Of a DNA stretch of 64,000 nt, positions 47,981-62,005 are shown in pieces. Source of the DNA: Anaeramoeba ignava BMAN (lineage: Eukaryota > Protista > Anaeramoebae); contig JAPDFW010000003.1 of the NCBI GenBank assembly GCA_028826165.1, positions 1 to 64,000 of the forward strand, written 5' to 3'. The position numbers and the translations under genes are program-made. Every line of letters starts with the position of its first letter. Position 1 is the first letter of the stretch. The notes beneath the pieces were generated by a model. That model saw only the letters and a list, made by a program, of their open reading frames with translations, was not told the origin of the DNA and did no database searches.

Positions 47981-50900
47981 ATGTCAATTTTTTCAGATAA
48001 ATTATTTGATTCTTTTCAAATAAATAAAAAAAAACCTTTAAAAAAAAAAGAGGAAACAAATCAATTTAAAAATCCAAATCAAAAAATATATACAAAAAAT
48101 TTTCAAAAGCCAAAACAAAAAAACGTACAAAGAAATAAAAAGAAAATTAATGAAAAAAGTCAAATAAAAAATAATTTAGAGAATGAGAATAAAGAAGATG
48201 AAGATGATGAAGATTCTTTAATAGAAAAAGAGAAAATTGATAAAACAATATCAGCAGAAATTGGAGAAGTATTTATAGAAAATTGTTTACATGAAGTTTC
48301 TCTTCCTGAAGGATATGATATTAAAGGAAATGAAGGTTAAAATTAAAATTCATTTATAAAATTTTAAATTTAATTAAAATTTAAAATTTTTTTTTATTTA
48401 TTTAGATATTTTTAATCCTATTTATCCACAAGAACCTGCAAGAAATTATCCTTTTAAATTAGATCCTTTTCAAAAAACTGGAATTGCTTGTTTGAATAGA
48501 GGTGATTCTGTTATTGTTTCTGCGCATACTTCTGCAGGAAAAACTGTTGTTGCTGAGTAAATTCATTTATAAAATCAAAATTAAAATTCATTTATAAAAT
48601 TAAAATTAAATTAAAATTCAAATTAAAATTAAAATTAAAATTAAAATTAAAATTCAAATTAATATTAAAATTAAAAATAAAATCAAAATTAAAATTAAAA
48701 TTAAAATTAAAATCAAAATTCATTTATAAAATTAAAATTAAAATTCATTTATAAAATTAAAATTAAAATTAAAATCAAAAGATATGCTATCGCACAAGCT
48801 TTAAAAAATAATGCAAGAGTTATTTATACATCTCCAATTAAAGTATTTTTTTTCTAAACAAAATCTTTGTTTCCATTATTTATTTCCATATTTATTTTAT
48901 AAAAAAAAATCAAGGCTTTAAGTAATCAAAAATATAGAGAACTTAGTGATGAATTTAAAGATGCAGGACTTATGACTGGAGATGTTACAATTAATCCAAA
49001 TTCATCTTGTATTGTTATGACAACAGAAGTAAAAAATTCAATTAAAAAATTCAATTAAAAAATTCAAATAAAAATTTCAATTAAAAAATTCAATTAAAAA
49101 ATTTCAATATTATTACTATTTAATAAGATTCTTCGTAACATGCTTTATAGAGGATCGGAAATTCTCAGAGAAGTTCAATGTGTTATATTTGATGAAATTC
49201 ATTATATGAAAGATATTGGTTTGAAATCTTTTAAATCAAAATTAAAAATGAAATTTAAAATTAAAATTAAAATTAAAATTAAAATTAAAATTAAAATTAA
49301 AATTAAAATTAAAATTTAAAATTAAAATTAAAATTAAAATGAAATTCAAAATTAAAATCAAAAATAAAATTCAAAATTAAAATGAAATTTAAAATTCAAA
49401 ATCAAAATTAAAATCAAAATTAAAATCAAAATTAAAATTAATATTAAAATTAAAATTAAAATTCAAAATGAAATTCAAAATTTAAATTTAAAATTGAATT
49501 GGTAATAATTATTAGAAAGAGGAGTAGTTTGGGAAGAAACAATTATTCTTCTTCCAGATACAATTAGATTTGTTTTTTTATCTGCAACAATTCCTAATGC
49601 AAAAGAATTTTCTGATTGGATTGCAAAAATTCATTCACAACCTTGTCATGTTGTTTATTCAGATGTTAGACCAATTCCTTTACAACATTACGTATTTCCT
49701 GCAGGTGGAAATGGTTTATATTTAGTTGTTGATGAACAAGGAAATTTTAGGGTTATTTTTAATTTAAATTTTTAATTTAAATTTTTATTTATTAATTTTT
49801 AATTATTAATTTTTAATTGAAATTTTTAATTATTAATTTTTAAAATAGGAAAAAAATTTCCAAAAAGCAATGTCTGTAATTTCAAATGCTCCAAATCAAT
49901 GTATGAATAAAAAATAAATTTATTATTCTTTTTAGGATGAAAATGGAAATAATTTTATTGATTTTTTATTATTAATAATTTGTGTTGGAAATATTAAGAT
50001 AATGATAGAAGACCACAAAATCAAAAATATAAATCAGATATTTATAAGATTATTAATTTGATTCTTGAAAGAAAATTTGAGCCTGTTATTGTGTTTAGTT
50101 TTAGTAGAAAAGAGTGTGAAATTAAAGCTTTAAAACTTGCTAAAGTGATTATTTTTATTTGATGAAAGAAAATTATTGAATTATTTATATTTATAATTAT
50201 TTATAATTATTTTTATTGTTGAAAAAATTGAAATAATAGATGGATCTTAATGATGAAAATGAAAAAACTTTAGTTGATGAAATTTTTACTAATGCTATTG
50301 ATTCTTTATCAGATGAAGACAAGAAAATTCCAGCAGTTTGTTAAAAAAAAAAAGAAAAAAAAATATTTTTAATTAAATATTAAAATATTATTATTATTAT
50401 AATTATAAACTTTTTGTTAAAAGGTTCAACATATTCTTCCTTTATTAAAAAGAGGAATTGCTATTCATCATTCAGGATTATTACCAATTCTTAAAGAAGT
50501 TATTGAAATTTTATTTCAAGAAGGTTTAGTCAAAGTATTTGATAATAATTTGATAATAATTTAATAATAATTTCAAAATAATTTAATAATAATTTAATAA
50601 TAATTTAATAATAATTTCAAAATAATTTAATAATTTAATAATAATTTCAAAATAATTTGATAATAATTTAATAATTTAAAAATAATTTAATAATAATTTA
50701 ATAATAAATGATAATAATTTAATAATAATTTAATAATAATTTAATAATAATTTGATAATAATTTCTTTAATAATAATTTAATAATAATTTCATAATAATT
50801 TAATAATAATTTCATAATAATTTAATAATAATTTAATAATAAATTCATAATAATTTGATAATTTATAATAAAAGGTTTTATTTGCAACAGAGACATTTTC

Positions 50901-53272
50901 AATGGGATTAAATATGCCAGCAAAAACAGTAATATTTAGTAGTGTAAGAAAATTTGATGGAAGTTCATTTAGATATATAACATGTGGAGAATATACACAA
51001 ATGTCAGGAAGAGCAGGAAGACGTGGTCTTGATCAAAGAGGAATTGTTATTACAATGCTTGATGAGAAAATGGAACCTTCTGATGCAAAAAATACTTTGA
51101 GAGGAGATCTCGATCCTTTGAATTCTACTTTCCATCTTAGTTATAATATGTTGTTAAATTTATTGAGAGTTGAGGATATTGATCCTGAATATCTTCTTTC
51201 TAAATCTTTTCATCAATTCCAAAATGAAAGAAAACATCCAGAATTACAAGAAAGTATATTTCAAAAATTATTTAAAAAATTATTTCAAAAATTATTTATA
51301 AAATTATTTATAAAATTATTTCAAAAATTATTTCAAAAATTATTTATAAAATTATTTATAAAATTATTTATAAAATTATTTCAAAAATTATTTCAAAAAT
51401 TATTTATAAAATTATTATAAAATCAAATACAAAATTATTTATAAAATTATTTATAAAATTATTTATAAAATTATTTATAAAATTATTTATAAAATTATTT
51501 ATAAAATTAATTATTAAATTATTTATAAAATTATTTATAAAATTATTAATAAAATTATTTATAAAATTATTTTCAAAAATTATTTCAAAAATTATTTATA
51601 AAATCAAATACAAAATTATTTATAAAATTATTTATAAAATTATTTCAAAAATTATTTATAAAATTATTTATAAAATTATTTATAAAATTATTTATAAAAT
51701 TATTTATAAAATTATTTATAAAATTATATATTAAATTATTTATAAAATTATTTATAAAATTATTTATAAAATTATTAATAAAATTATTTATAAAATTATT
51801 TATAAAATTAAATATAAAATTATTTATAAAATTATTTATAAAATTATTTATAAAATTAATTATTAAATTATTTATAAAATTATTTATTAAATTAAATATA
51901 AAATTATTTATAAAAAATTTCAAAAGATCTCCAAAAACTTCAATTACAATTTGATTCTTTAAATATTGAAGAGGAAAAAAGTGTAACAGAATTTCATTCT
52001 GTAAAACAACAAATCGATAATTTAAAACAAAAAATCAAGGAAATCACATTCAAACCAGTAAATATCCTTCCATTTCTTCAACAAGGAAGATTAGTGAAAA
52101 TCAAGACAATAAAACAAGATTGGGATTGGGGAATAATGATTGATTTCGAATATATTTATGATAACAACCCAAAAGGAGAAATAATAATAAATGGAGAAGC
52201 AACAGATTATGTGATGAATATAATAATTGAAACAAAACAAAATTCAAATTCAAATTCAAATTCAAATATAAATGAAGAACCAGAAGCAGTTGAAGAAACC
52301 AATCGAGGAAACGGAGAAATGAAAATATTGCAGTTTCCTCTTCTTAGTTTGGATCAAGTAAGTCTTCTTCGAGTTCCAATTCCAAACGATGTACGAAGAA
52401 GCGAGAATGTTCAACATTATAAAAGAGTTCTTTCCGAAATTCGGAAAAGATTTGAAAAAAACATCCCACTTTTGGATCCAGTGAAGGATATGAAAATAAG
52501 TGATAAAAACTTCAATAAATTTGTGGAAAGAGTGAATAATTTAGAAGGAAGAATGATAAACCAAAAAATATTCCAGAACAATCAAATGACAGAAGAGTAC
52601 CAAAAGTACCAAGAAAAGCTCAATTTACAGGAGCAAATTGATGGTGTAAGAAAATCGCTTAAGGAATCTGAGGATGTTTTATTGAAAGAAAATCTGAAAT
52701 ACATGAAAAGAGTACTGAGAAAATTGGGATATACTAACAACGAGAATATCATTGAAACCAAGGGAAGAATTGCATGTGAAATCAGCTCAGGAGACGAACT
52801 GCTAATTACAGAGATGATTTTCTCAGGAGCGTTTAATGAAATGGAAGTGGAACAAATTGTGGCTTTATCAAGTTGTTTTGTTTTCCAAGAAAAAGTGGAC
52901 GAAATGTTAAAATTGAGAGAAGAACTTGAAACTCCCTTCCAAAAATTACAATCAACAGCGCGATCGATAGCAATGGTTGCGCAGGAATGCAGAGTCGATA
53001 TTGATATTGATAGATATGTTGAATCTTTTAAGCCAAATTTAATGGAAGTTGTTTATGAATGGGCAAAAGGAAAATCTTTTCTTGAAATTTCGAAAATGAC
53101 GAATATTTTTGAGGGAAGTGTTATTCGCACAATGAGAAGATTGGATGAAATTTTAAGGCAAATGTGTGCTGCTGCTCGTGCTATTGGAAATGGAGAATTG
53201 GAAGAGAAGTTTGCTCAAGGAATTACAAAAATTAAAAGAGATGTTGTTTTTGCAGCCAGTCTTTATTTATAA
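47981..53272 (+). CDS. MTR4: Exosome RNA helicase MTR4/SKIV2L2, 12 exons
   Basis: Spliced product has [69 protein letters not shown]-terminal FAASLYL. Introns 48336-48405, 48557-48781, 48843-48914, 49029-49127, 49219-49515, 49752-49848, 49901-49998, 50145-50239, 50336-50423, 50535-50874, 51254-51926. Confidence 0.95.
50535..50870. repeat. Intronic (ATAATAATTTA)n array
   Basis: MTR4 intron 10. Confidence 0.85.
51258..51920. repeat. Intronic (AAAATTATTTAT)n 12-mer array
   Basis: MTR4 intron 11. Confidence 0.9.
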
Positions 53273-53275
53273 GCG

Positions 53276-54690
53276 AATTTATCAATTTACAACAAAATTT
53301 ATCAAAGAATTTATAAAAGAATTTATCAAAGAATTTATAACAAAATTTATAAAAGAATTTATAACAGAATTTATAAAAGAATTTATAACAAAATTTATCA
53401 AAGAATTTATAAAAGAATTTATAAAAGAATTTATAAAAGAATTTATCAAAGAATTTATAAAAGAATTTATAAAAAAATTTATAACAAAATTTATAACAAA
53501 ATTTATAACAAAATTTATAACAAAATTTATAAAAGAATTTATCAAAGAATTTATAACAAAATTTATAAAAGAATTTATAACAAAATTTATAACAAAATTT
53601 ATAAAAGAATTTATAAAAAAATTTATAACAAAATTTATAAAAATTTATAACAAAATTTATAAAAGAATTTATAACAAAATTTATAAAAAAATTTATAAAA
53701 GAATTTATAAAAAAATTTATAAAAGAATTTATAAAAGAATTTATAAAAGAATTTATAAAAAAATTTATAAAAGAATTTATAAAAGAATTTATAAAAGAAT
53801 TTATAAAAGAATTTATAACAAAATTTATAAAAGAATTTATAACAAAATTTATAACAAAATTTATAAAAGAATTTATAACAAAATTTATAAAAAAATTTAT
53901 AACAAAATTTATAACAAAATTTATAACAAAATTTATAACAAAATTTATAACAAAATTTATAACAAATTTATAACAAAATTTATAACAAAATTTATAACAA
54001 AATTTATAACAAAATTTATAACAAAATTTATAACAAAATTTATAAAAGAATTTATAACAAAATTTATAAAAAATTTATAACAAAATTTATAACAAAATTT
54101 ATAAAAAAATTTATAAAAGAATTTATAACAAAATTTATAAAAAAATTTATAAAAAAATTTATAAAAAAATTTATAAAAAAAATTTATAAAAAAATTTATA
54201 AAAAAAAATTTATAAAAAAAATTTATAAAAAAATTTATAACAAAATTTATAACAAAATTTATAACAAAATTTATAACAAAATTTATAACAAAATTTATAA
54301 CAAAATTTATAACAAAATTTATAAAAGAATTTATAACAAAATTTATAACAAAATTTATAAAAAATTTATAACAAAATTTATAAAAGAATTTATAACAAAA
54401 TTTATAAAAAAATTTATAAAAAAATTTATAAAAAAATTTATAAAAAAATTTATAAAAAAATTTATAAAAAAATTTATAAAAAAATTTATAAAAAAATTTA
54501 TAACAAAATTTATAAAAAAATTTATAAAAAAATTTATAAAAAAAATTTATAAAAAGAATTTATAAAAAAATTTATAAAAAAATTTACAAAAAAATTTATC
54601 AAAAATTTTTATCAAAGAATTTATAAAAAGAATTTATAAAAATTTATAAAAGAATTTATAAAAGAATTTATAAAAGAAATCTAAAAGAAT
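53276..54690. repeat. (AAAAGAATTTAT/AACAAAATTTAT)n 12-mer array between convergent genes
   Basis: Begins immediately after the MTR4 stop codon. Confidence 0.9.
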
Positions 54691-54816
54691 TTTCTTTTTC
54701 TTTTTCTTTTTCTTTTTCTTTTTTTTCTTTTTTCTTTTTCTTTTTCTTTTTCTTTTTCTTAAATAGATTTTTTTTTTGAAATACAAACCAAAATTTTTCT
54801 TTATTATTTTTAAATT

Positions 54817-55275
54817 TTATTTTTGTTTCTTTCTTTTTTTATCTTTTGATTTCTTTTTCTCTTTTTCTTTTGATTTCTTTTCTTTTGATTTTTCAATTTG
54901 AATTTCATTTTCCATTTGATTTTCTAATGATTTTTGTAATTCTTCTTTTGATTGAATTTTTGAAATTAATTGTGAAATTTTTTGATTAATTAAACTTGTT
55001 TTAATTGCAGAAAGAAAGAAAGTTTGATAATTTTGATAACTATTTTTAAGAATATTTTTATCAGGTTTTAAAATTTGAGGATTTGTATTAGAAATAACAC
55101 TTGTTAAATCTTCTTGAATTTCATTTATTGTTCTTAAATATTGATAATTAGATCCTTGAATTTTAGTTTCATTTGGATTTTCTTGAGATAATTCAGTTAA
55201 AGATTCAGAAGCGTATTGAAGAGAGTTAATAATTTGAAGTTCAATTTGTTGTAAAGTTTCTATATTAGTTTGCAT
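54817..55275 (-). CDS. MED11: Mediator subunit 11-like protein
   Basis: IETLQQIELQIINSLQYASESLTELSQE..YLRTINEIQEDLTSVI resembles the Med11 helical pattern; ATG at 55275. Confidence 0.6.
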   Translation of the reverse strand: MQTNIETLQQIELQIINSLQYASESLTELSQENPNETKIQGSNYQYLRTINEIQEDLTSVISNTNPQILKPDKNILKNSYQNYQTFFLSAIKTSLINQKISQLISKIQSKEELQKSLENQMENEIQIEKSKEKKSKEKEKKKSKDKKRKKQK

Positions 55276-55643
55276 TATAAGGAAAAAAATGAAAAACAAA
55301 AAAAATGAAAAAATGAATTTTAATTTTAATTTTAATTTTAATTTAAATTTTAATTTTAACTTTAATTTTAAATTTTGAAATGAATTTTAATTTTAATTTT
55401 AATTTTAATTTTAATTTTAATTTTAATTTTAATTTTAATTTTTAATTTTAATTTTAATTAATTTTATAAATGAATTTTAAATTTTTTAATTTTAAAATTT
55501 TAATTTTAAATTTTTAATTTTTGAATTTTAATTTTTTTTCATTTTTATTTTAATTTTTTTTAATTTTTTTTCATTTTTAATTTTTTAATTTTTTTATTTT
55601 TAAAAATTTTTCAATTTGAAACAAAAAAAGCAAAAACAATAAA

Positions 55644-58600
55644 ATGACGGATCAAAACATATTATTAGGGGAAGAAAACAAATATCAAGGAGAAGAAACA
55701 ATTGAGATAACAGATAAAGATGGGATCAAAGATCCCGAGAAACCAAAAGCGTTACCAATCTGTTCTAAGCCATTAAGAGTAGTTGGAGTGCAAGAAAAAA
55801 GCCCAGTATCATGGTCACCTGATGGGAATATGTTTGCATTTGTGTCAGGAAATCACTCAATTTATTTGATTCGAAAAAATGAACGGAAATCTCAACAAGG
55901 AACAATTGCTCTTTCTTTTTCCGTTGAAGCTACACTTGAAGACCATGTGTCCCCTGTTACTTCTCTTTTGTTTCATCCTAATAAGCCTATCCTTGTTTCT
56001 GGTGGTCATGAAGGTCTTTTTATTTGGGATCTTAGGAATTCTACTTTGAAACAGAAAATTAAAACTGGTTCCCATATTTCCGCTCATGATGGCGCTGTTG
56101 AATGTTTGATTTGGCTCCAGAATGGTGATTGTTTAATTACTGGTATTTGTTTTTGTTGTTAAAAAAAAAAAAAGCAAAAAAAAAAAAAAAAAAAAGAAAA
56201 TTCGATGATTCAACATAATATCTTTATATTTCATTTAGTTTAGAATGAAAATTTATTTTAAAATTAAAATTCATTCCAAAATTAAATTTCATTTATAAAA
56301 TTACAATTACAATTCATTTATAAAATTAAAATTAAAATTAAAATTAAAATTCATTTCAAAATTATTTATAAATTAAATTAAAATTAAATTCAAAATTAAA
56401 ATTACAATTAAAATTAAAATTAAAATTCATTTCAAAATTACAATTAAAATTAAAATTAAAATTAAAAATTAATTTCAAAATTAAAATTAAAATTAAAATT
56501 GATATTAAAATTAAAAATTAAAATTAAAATTAAAATTAAAATTAAAATTCATTTATAAAATTAAAATTAAAATTATAATTTGAAATTAAAATTCAAAATA
56601 AAAATTTAAAATTACAATTAAAATTAAAATTAAAATTAAAATTCATTTTCAAAATTAAAATTAAAATTAAAATTAAAATTGATATTAAAATTAAAAATTA
56701 AAATTAAAATAAATTAAAATTAAAATTAAAAATTAAAATTAAAAATTAAAATTAAAATTACAATTAAAATTAAAATTAAAATTAAAATTAAAATTACAAT
56801 TAAAATTAAAATTAATTTCAAAATTAAAATTCAAAAATTACAATTAAAATTTAAATTAAAATTAAAATTAAAATTAAAATTAAAATTAAAATTGATATTA
56901 AAATTAAAATTAAATTTAAATTAAAATTTAAAATTAAAATTAAAATTAAATTTAAAATTAAAATTAAAATTAAAATTAAAATTTAAATTAAATTAAAAAT
57001 TAAAATTAAAATTAAAATTAAAATTAAAATCAATATTAAAATTAAAATTCATTTTCAAAATTAAAATCTAGTAAATTAAAATTAAAAATTTAAATTAAAA
57101 TTTAAATTAAAATTAAAATTAAAATTTAAATTAAAATTAATTAAAATTATAATTAAAATTCAAAATAAAATTAATATTAAAATTAAAATTAAAATTAAAA
57201 TTAAAAATTTCAAAATTAAAATTCATTTATAAAATTGAAAATAAAATAATAAAAGGATCATCTGATACAACCTTAAAAGCATGGGATATGAGAGGAGATC
57301 AAGCACAATGCATTGATACAATAAACGCACACAAAGCACCAATTCTAGTATTTACGTATTGCCCAGCAACTCAAATATTAGCGAGTGCAGGAAGAGATTC
57401 AACAATAAAATTATGGGATATAAGCAAATTGAATCACTTTTTCACAGCTGATGAACATGAAAAGGATGACACTAGCGTAAAAATAGTTCAAAATAACTCA
57501 ATAGAAGGACATAGAGGTGATATTACTGCGCTTACTTTTACAAGAGATGGTTCTAGAATTTGGAGCGGTGCAAGAGATAATGATATTATTTTGTGGAGTA
57601 CAAAATCAGCTAAAAAAGTTGATTCTATTTCAGGTCATAAAGGTGATATTAAAAAGCTTTTGTTAATGAAAAATGAAACTGTTCTTATTTCTGCTTCTGC
57701 TGATAAGACTATTAAAGTTTGGGAGTTATCTTCAAAAGGTGATAAAGAAGAAAGTAGGATTTAAAATTTAAAATTAAAATTCATTTCAAAATTTAAATTC
57801 ATTTCAAAATTAAAATTCATTTTAAAATTAAAATTCATTTTAAAATTAAAATTCATTTTAAAATTAAAATTCATTTCAAAATTAAAATTCATTTTAAAAT
57901 TAAAATTCATTTCAAAATTTAAATTCATTTCAAAATTCATTTCAAAATTTAAATTAAAATTAAAATTAAAATTCATTTCAAAATTAAAATTCATTTCAAA
58001 ATTTAAATTAAAATTAAAATCCATTTATAAAATTCATTTCAAAATTAAAATTCATTTCAAAATTTAAATTCATTTCAAAATTAAAATTCATTTCAAAATT
58101 TAAATTCATTTCAAAATTAAAATCCATTTATAAAATTAAAATTGATTTCAAAATTAAAATCCATTTTAAAATTAAAATTAAAATTAAAATTAAATTTAAA
58201 TTTAAAATTAAAATTCATTTATAAAATTTAAATTCATTTCAAAATTAAAATTCATTTCAAAATTTAAATTCATTTCAAAATTAAAATTGATTTCAAAATT
58301 AAAATTGATTTCAAAATTTAAATTCATTTCAAAATTTAAATTCATTTTAAAATTAAAATCAAAATTAAAATTCAAATTCATTTATAAAATTAAAATTAAA
58401 ATTCAAAATTAAAATTAAAATTAAAATTTAAATTCATTTCAAAATTAAAATTAAAATTCATTTCAAAATTAAAATTCATTTCAAAATTTAAATTAAAAAA
58501 TTTAAAAAATTAAAAATTTATAAAATTAAAATTCATTTTTTAAAATTAAAATTCATTTCAAAATTAAAATTAAAATTCAAATCCATTTCAAAATTAAAAT

Positions 58601-60312
58601 TCATTTCAAAATTAAAATTAAAATTAAAATTAAAATTCAAATTAAAATTAAAATTTATAAATTAAAATTAAAATTCATTTATAAAATTAAAATTCATTTC
58701 AAAATTAAAATTCATTTCTAAATTAAAATTCATTTCAAAATTAAAATTAAAATTAAAATTCATTTCAAAATTAAAATTTATAAATTAAAAAGAAACCGAA
58801 AAAACGGAAACAAGAGGAGATGGAGGACTTGAGGACGTACTTCAAACAGTGGACAACGAAGCACTGCGAAAAATTCTTGAGGACGACATATCACTAACAA
58901 CATTAATAAAAGATCAATTAGAAGGAGGAGCACACCTATTGAACGAGCTTGAGGCACACGAAGAAGGGATAGCCTCACTAGAGATGTCACCAACGGCACC
59001 ACTTGGGATCACATCATCAATGCACAATTCAATCCGTATCTGGAGCTTTGTGAACCCACTGAAGATCGGATTTGTGCACGAATTCATTGGACAAAGCAAG
59101 GCAATCACATCGATCCGCTTGGACGAGCGAGCAGACGATGATGATTTAAACGAAAACAATCAAGATCAAAATCGAGAAACAGCACTTCGCACTATTTTCT
59201 CAGGATCTCTTGACTACACTGTCCATCAATACGACGTCGAAACCGTTGGTCGATTGATGCAGATTAATTTCCGCAATTCGGTACAATCTCTGGATGTTTC
59301 CCCAGATAAACAATTCCTTGTCATCGGCGGATCTTCTTATGATCTTAAAGGATACGCACTTCATCCAAGTTACGTCAAAGATAACGACGCAACTTGCGTT
59401 CTTCAGGAAGTCGCACGCTTTGTCGGGCACAGCGGGAAGATCAAATACATCGCAATCTCGCCAGATGGAAACATGATGACGTCTTCTTCGAATGATTTCA
59501 AGTTACTGACTTGGAAACTTAAAAAACCGTATTCGCCAAAACGAATGACTCGAGGAGAATTATTAACCCAAAGTGATTTCGATGTTAATTCGTTTGATTT
59601 CAAGCCGGGAGTTCAGCATGTTCTTGTGCCCGAGAAAATCAAGCCAACGGACACAGTCCACGAACATGAAGGACATGTAAATTGCTTTGGATTCAACAGC
59701 AATGCAACATTGTTTGCGTCATGCGGAAACGATCATAAAATTGTTGTGTACAAACCAAACACACGCAAAGCAGGATTGAGCAAGAAATTTGCGCAATCCA
59801 ACGCGCACAATGCGGTTATCGAGTGCATGTGTTGGTGCAAGGATTTCCAATCAAACAAAGAACTTCTTTGCACTGGATCCTGGGACAAAACCGCCAAAAT
59901 ATGGCGCATTGATGACAATCAAAAGGGGATGAAATGCGTGCGAACAATCACTGATCACTGGGGGAAAATTGTCGGTATTGGCGCCTCTGGTGACAACCGT
60001 TTCCTTCTTACTTGTTCCGTTGACTTCACTGTTCGTTGCTTTAGTCTTACTGAGCCCTTTGACTGCGTCGCTTTGTACTCAATCCCCCAGGAAGCCCCCT
60101 TTACTTGTCTTGCCGTTGGAAAAGACTCCTTTGTTACAGGTAGTGAAAATGGTATGCTTAGGGTTTGGCCTATGTTCGGTGGTAGATTCGATAATTCTTT
60201 TATTCAGAAAATCCCTCTTAATGAACAAATTGAATATGATAGGAAATTGGCTGCTATTCAATCCGAGAGAAGAAGAAAAGCAAAGAAAGTTGATAGGACT
60301 CAAGTTATTTGA
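55644..60312 (+). CDS. Large WD40-repeat protein (exons 55644-56142, 57256-57753, 58793-60312)
   Basis: Many GH...WD repeats; phase-1 introns of 1113 and 1039 nt join LITG|SSDTTLKAWD in frame. Confidence 0.9.
56260..57240. repeat. Intronic (AAAATT)n array
   Basis: WD40 intron 1. Confidence 0.9.
57762..58790. repeat. Intronic (AAAATTCATTTCAAAATT)n 18-mer/6-mer array
   Basis: WD40 intron 2. Confidence 0.9.
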
Positions 60313-60514
60313 TTTGATTTGATTTCGATTTGATTTGATTTCTTTTCTTTTCTTTTAATTTATCTTCTTCTGGATTTCTTTCTTTTCGTTTTCATTTTTT
60401 CTTTTATTTCAAAAAAAAAGATCACAAAACAAAACAAAACAAAACAAAACAAAACAAAACAACAATTTTATTTTTATTTTTTTAAACATAAAGTGAACAT
60501 TTTAATTTTTGGTT

Positions 60515-62005
60515 TAATTTGATTTAAATTGATTTAAATTGATTTAAATTATAAATTGATTTAATTTAATTTAAATTGATTTAAATTGATTTAATTTGAT
60601 TTAATTTGATTTAAATTGATTTAATTTGATTTAATTTGATTTAATTTGATTTAAATTGATTTAATTTGATTTAATTTGATTTAATTGATTTAATTTGATT
60701 TAATTTGATTTAATTTGATTTAATTTGGTTTAATTTGATTTAAATTGATTTAAATTGATTTAATTTGATTTAATTTGATTTAATTTGATTTAATTTGATT
60801 TAATTTGATTTAATTGATTTAAATTTGGATTAAATTGATTTAATTTTTGATTTAAATTGATTTAAATTGATTTAAATTTGGATTTAATTTGATTTAAATT
60901 GATTTAAATTGATTTAATTTGATTTAATTTGATTTAATTTGATTTAATTTGATTTAATTGATTTAATTTGATTTAAATTGATTTAAATTATTAATTTGAT
61001 TTAAATTAATTTAATTTGATTTTAATTTGATTTAAATTGATTTAATTGATTTAATTTGGATTTAATTTGATTTTAAATGATTTAATTTGATTTAATTTGA
61101 TTTAATTTGATTTAAATTGATTTAATTTGATTTAATTTGATTTAATTGATTTAATTTGATTTAAATTGATTTAATTTGATTTAATTTGATTTAATTTGAT
61201 TTAATTTGATTTAATTTGATTTAATTTGGATTTAATTTGATTTAAGTTGATTTAAATTGATTTAATTTGATTTAATTTGATTTAATTTGATTTAATTGAT
61301 TTAAATTGATTTAATTTGATTTAATTTGATTTAATTTGATTTAATTTGATTTAATTTGATTTAAATTGATTTAATTTGATTTAATTTGATTTAAATTGAT
61401 TTAATTTGATTTAATTGATTTAATTGATTTAATTTGATTTAATTTGATTTAATTTGATGTAATTGATTTAATTTGATTTAAATTGATTTAAATTATTAAT
61501 TTGATTTAAATTAATTTAATTTGATTTTAATTTGATTTAAATTGATTTAATTGATTTAATTTGGATTTAATTTGATTTTAAATGATTTAATTTGATTTAA
61601 TTTGATTTAAATTGATTTAAATTGATTTAAATTGATTTAAATTTGATTTAATTTGATTTAATTTGATTTAAATTGATTTAATTTGATTTAAATTGATATA
61701 AATTGATTTAAATTGATTTAATTTATTATTAATTGATTTAAATTGATTTAAATTGATTTAAATTGATTTAAATTGATTTAATTTGATTTAATTTGATTTA
61801 AATTGGATTTAATTGATTTAAATTGATTTAATTTGATTTAAATTGATTTAATTTGATTTAAATTGATTTAATTGATTTAATTGATTTAAATTGATTTAAT
61901 TGATTTAATTTAATTTGATTTAATTGATTTAATTTAATTTGATTTAATTGATTTAATTTGATTTAATTGATTTAATTTGATTTAATTTAATTTAATTTGA
62001 TTTAA
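60515..62005. repeat. Intergenic (TTGATTTAAW)n 10-mer array
   Basis: Directly visible; seed-like TTTGA repeats also follow the WD40 stop codon. Confidence 0.9.

Noticed and set aside
53166-54080. 304-aa ORF of FIKE/IYNK repeats
   Set aside because: It is a translation of the 12-mer array downstream of MTR4 and overlaps the MTR4 end out of frame.
60515-62005. Interstitial telomeric repeat
   Set aside because: The TTGATTTAAW unit lacks a G-run and resembles the other locally seeded AT arrays.
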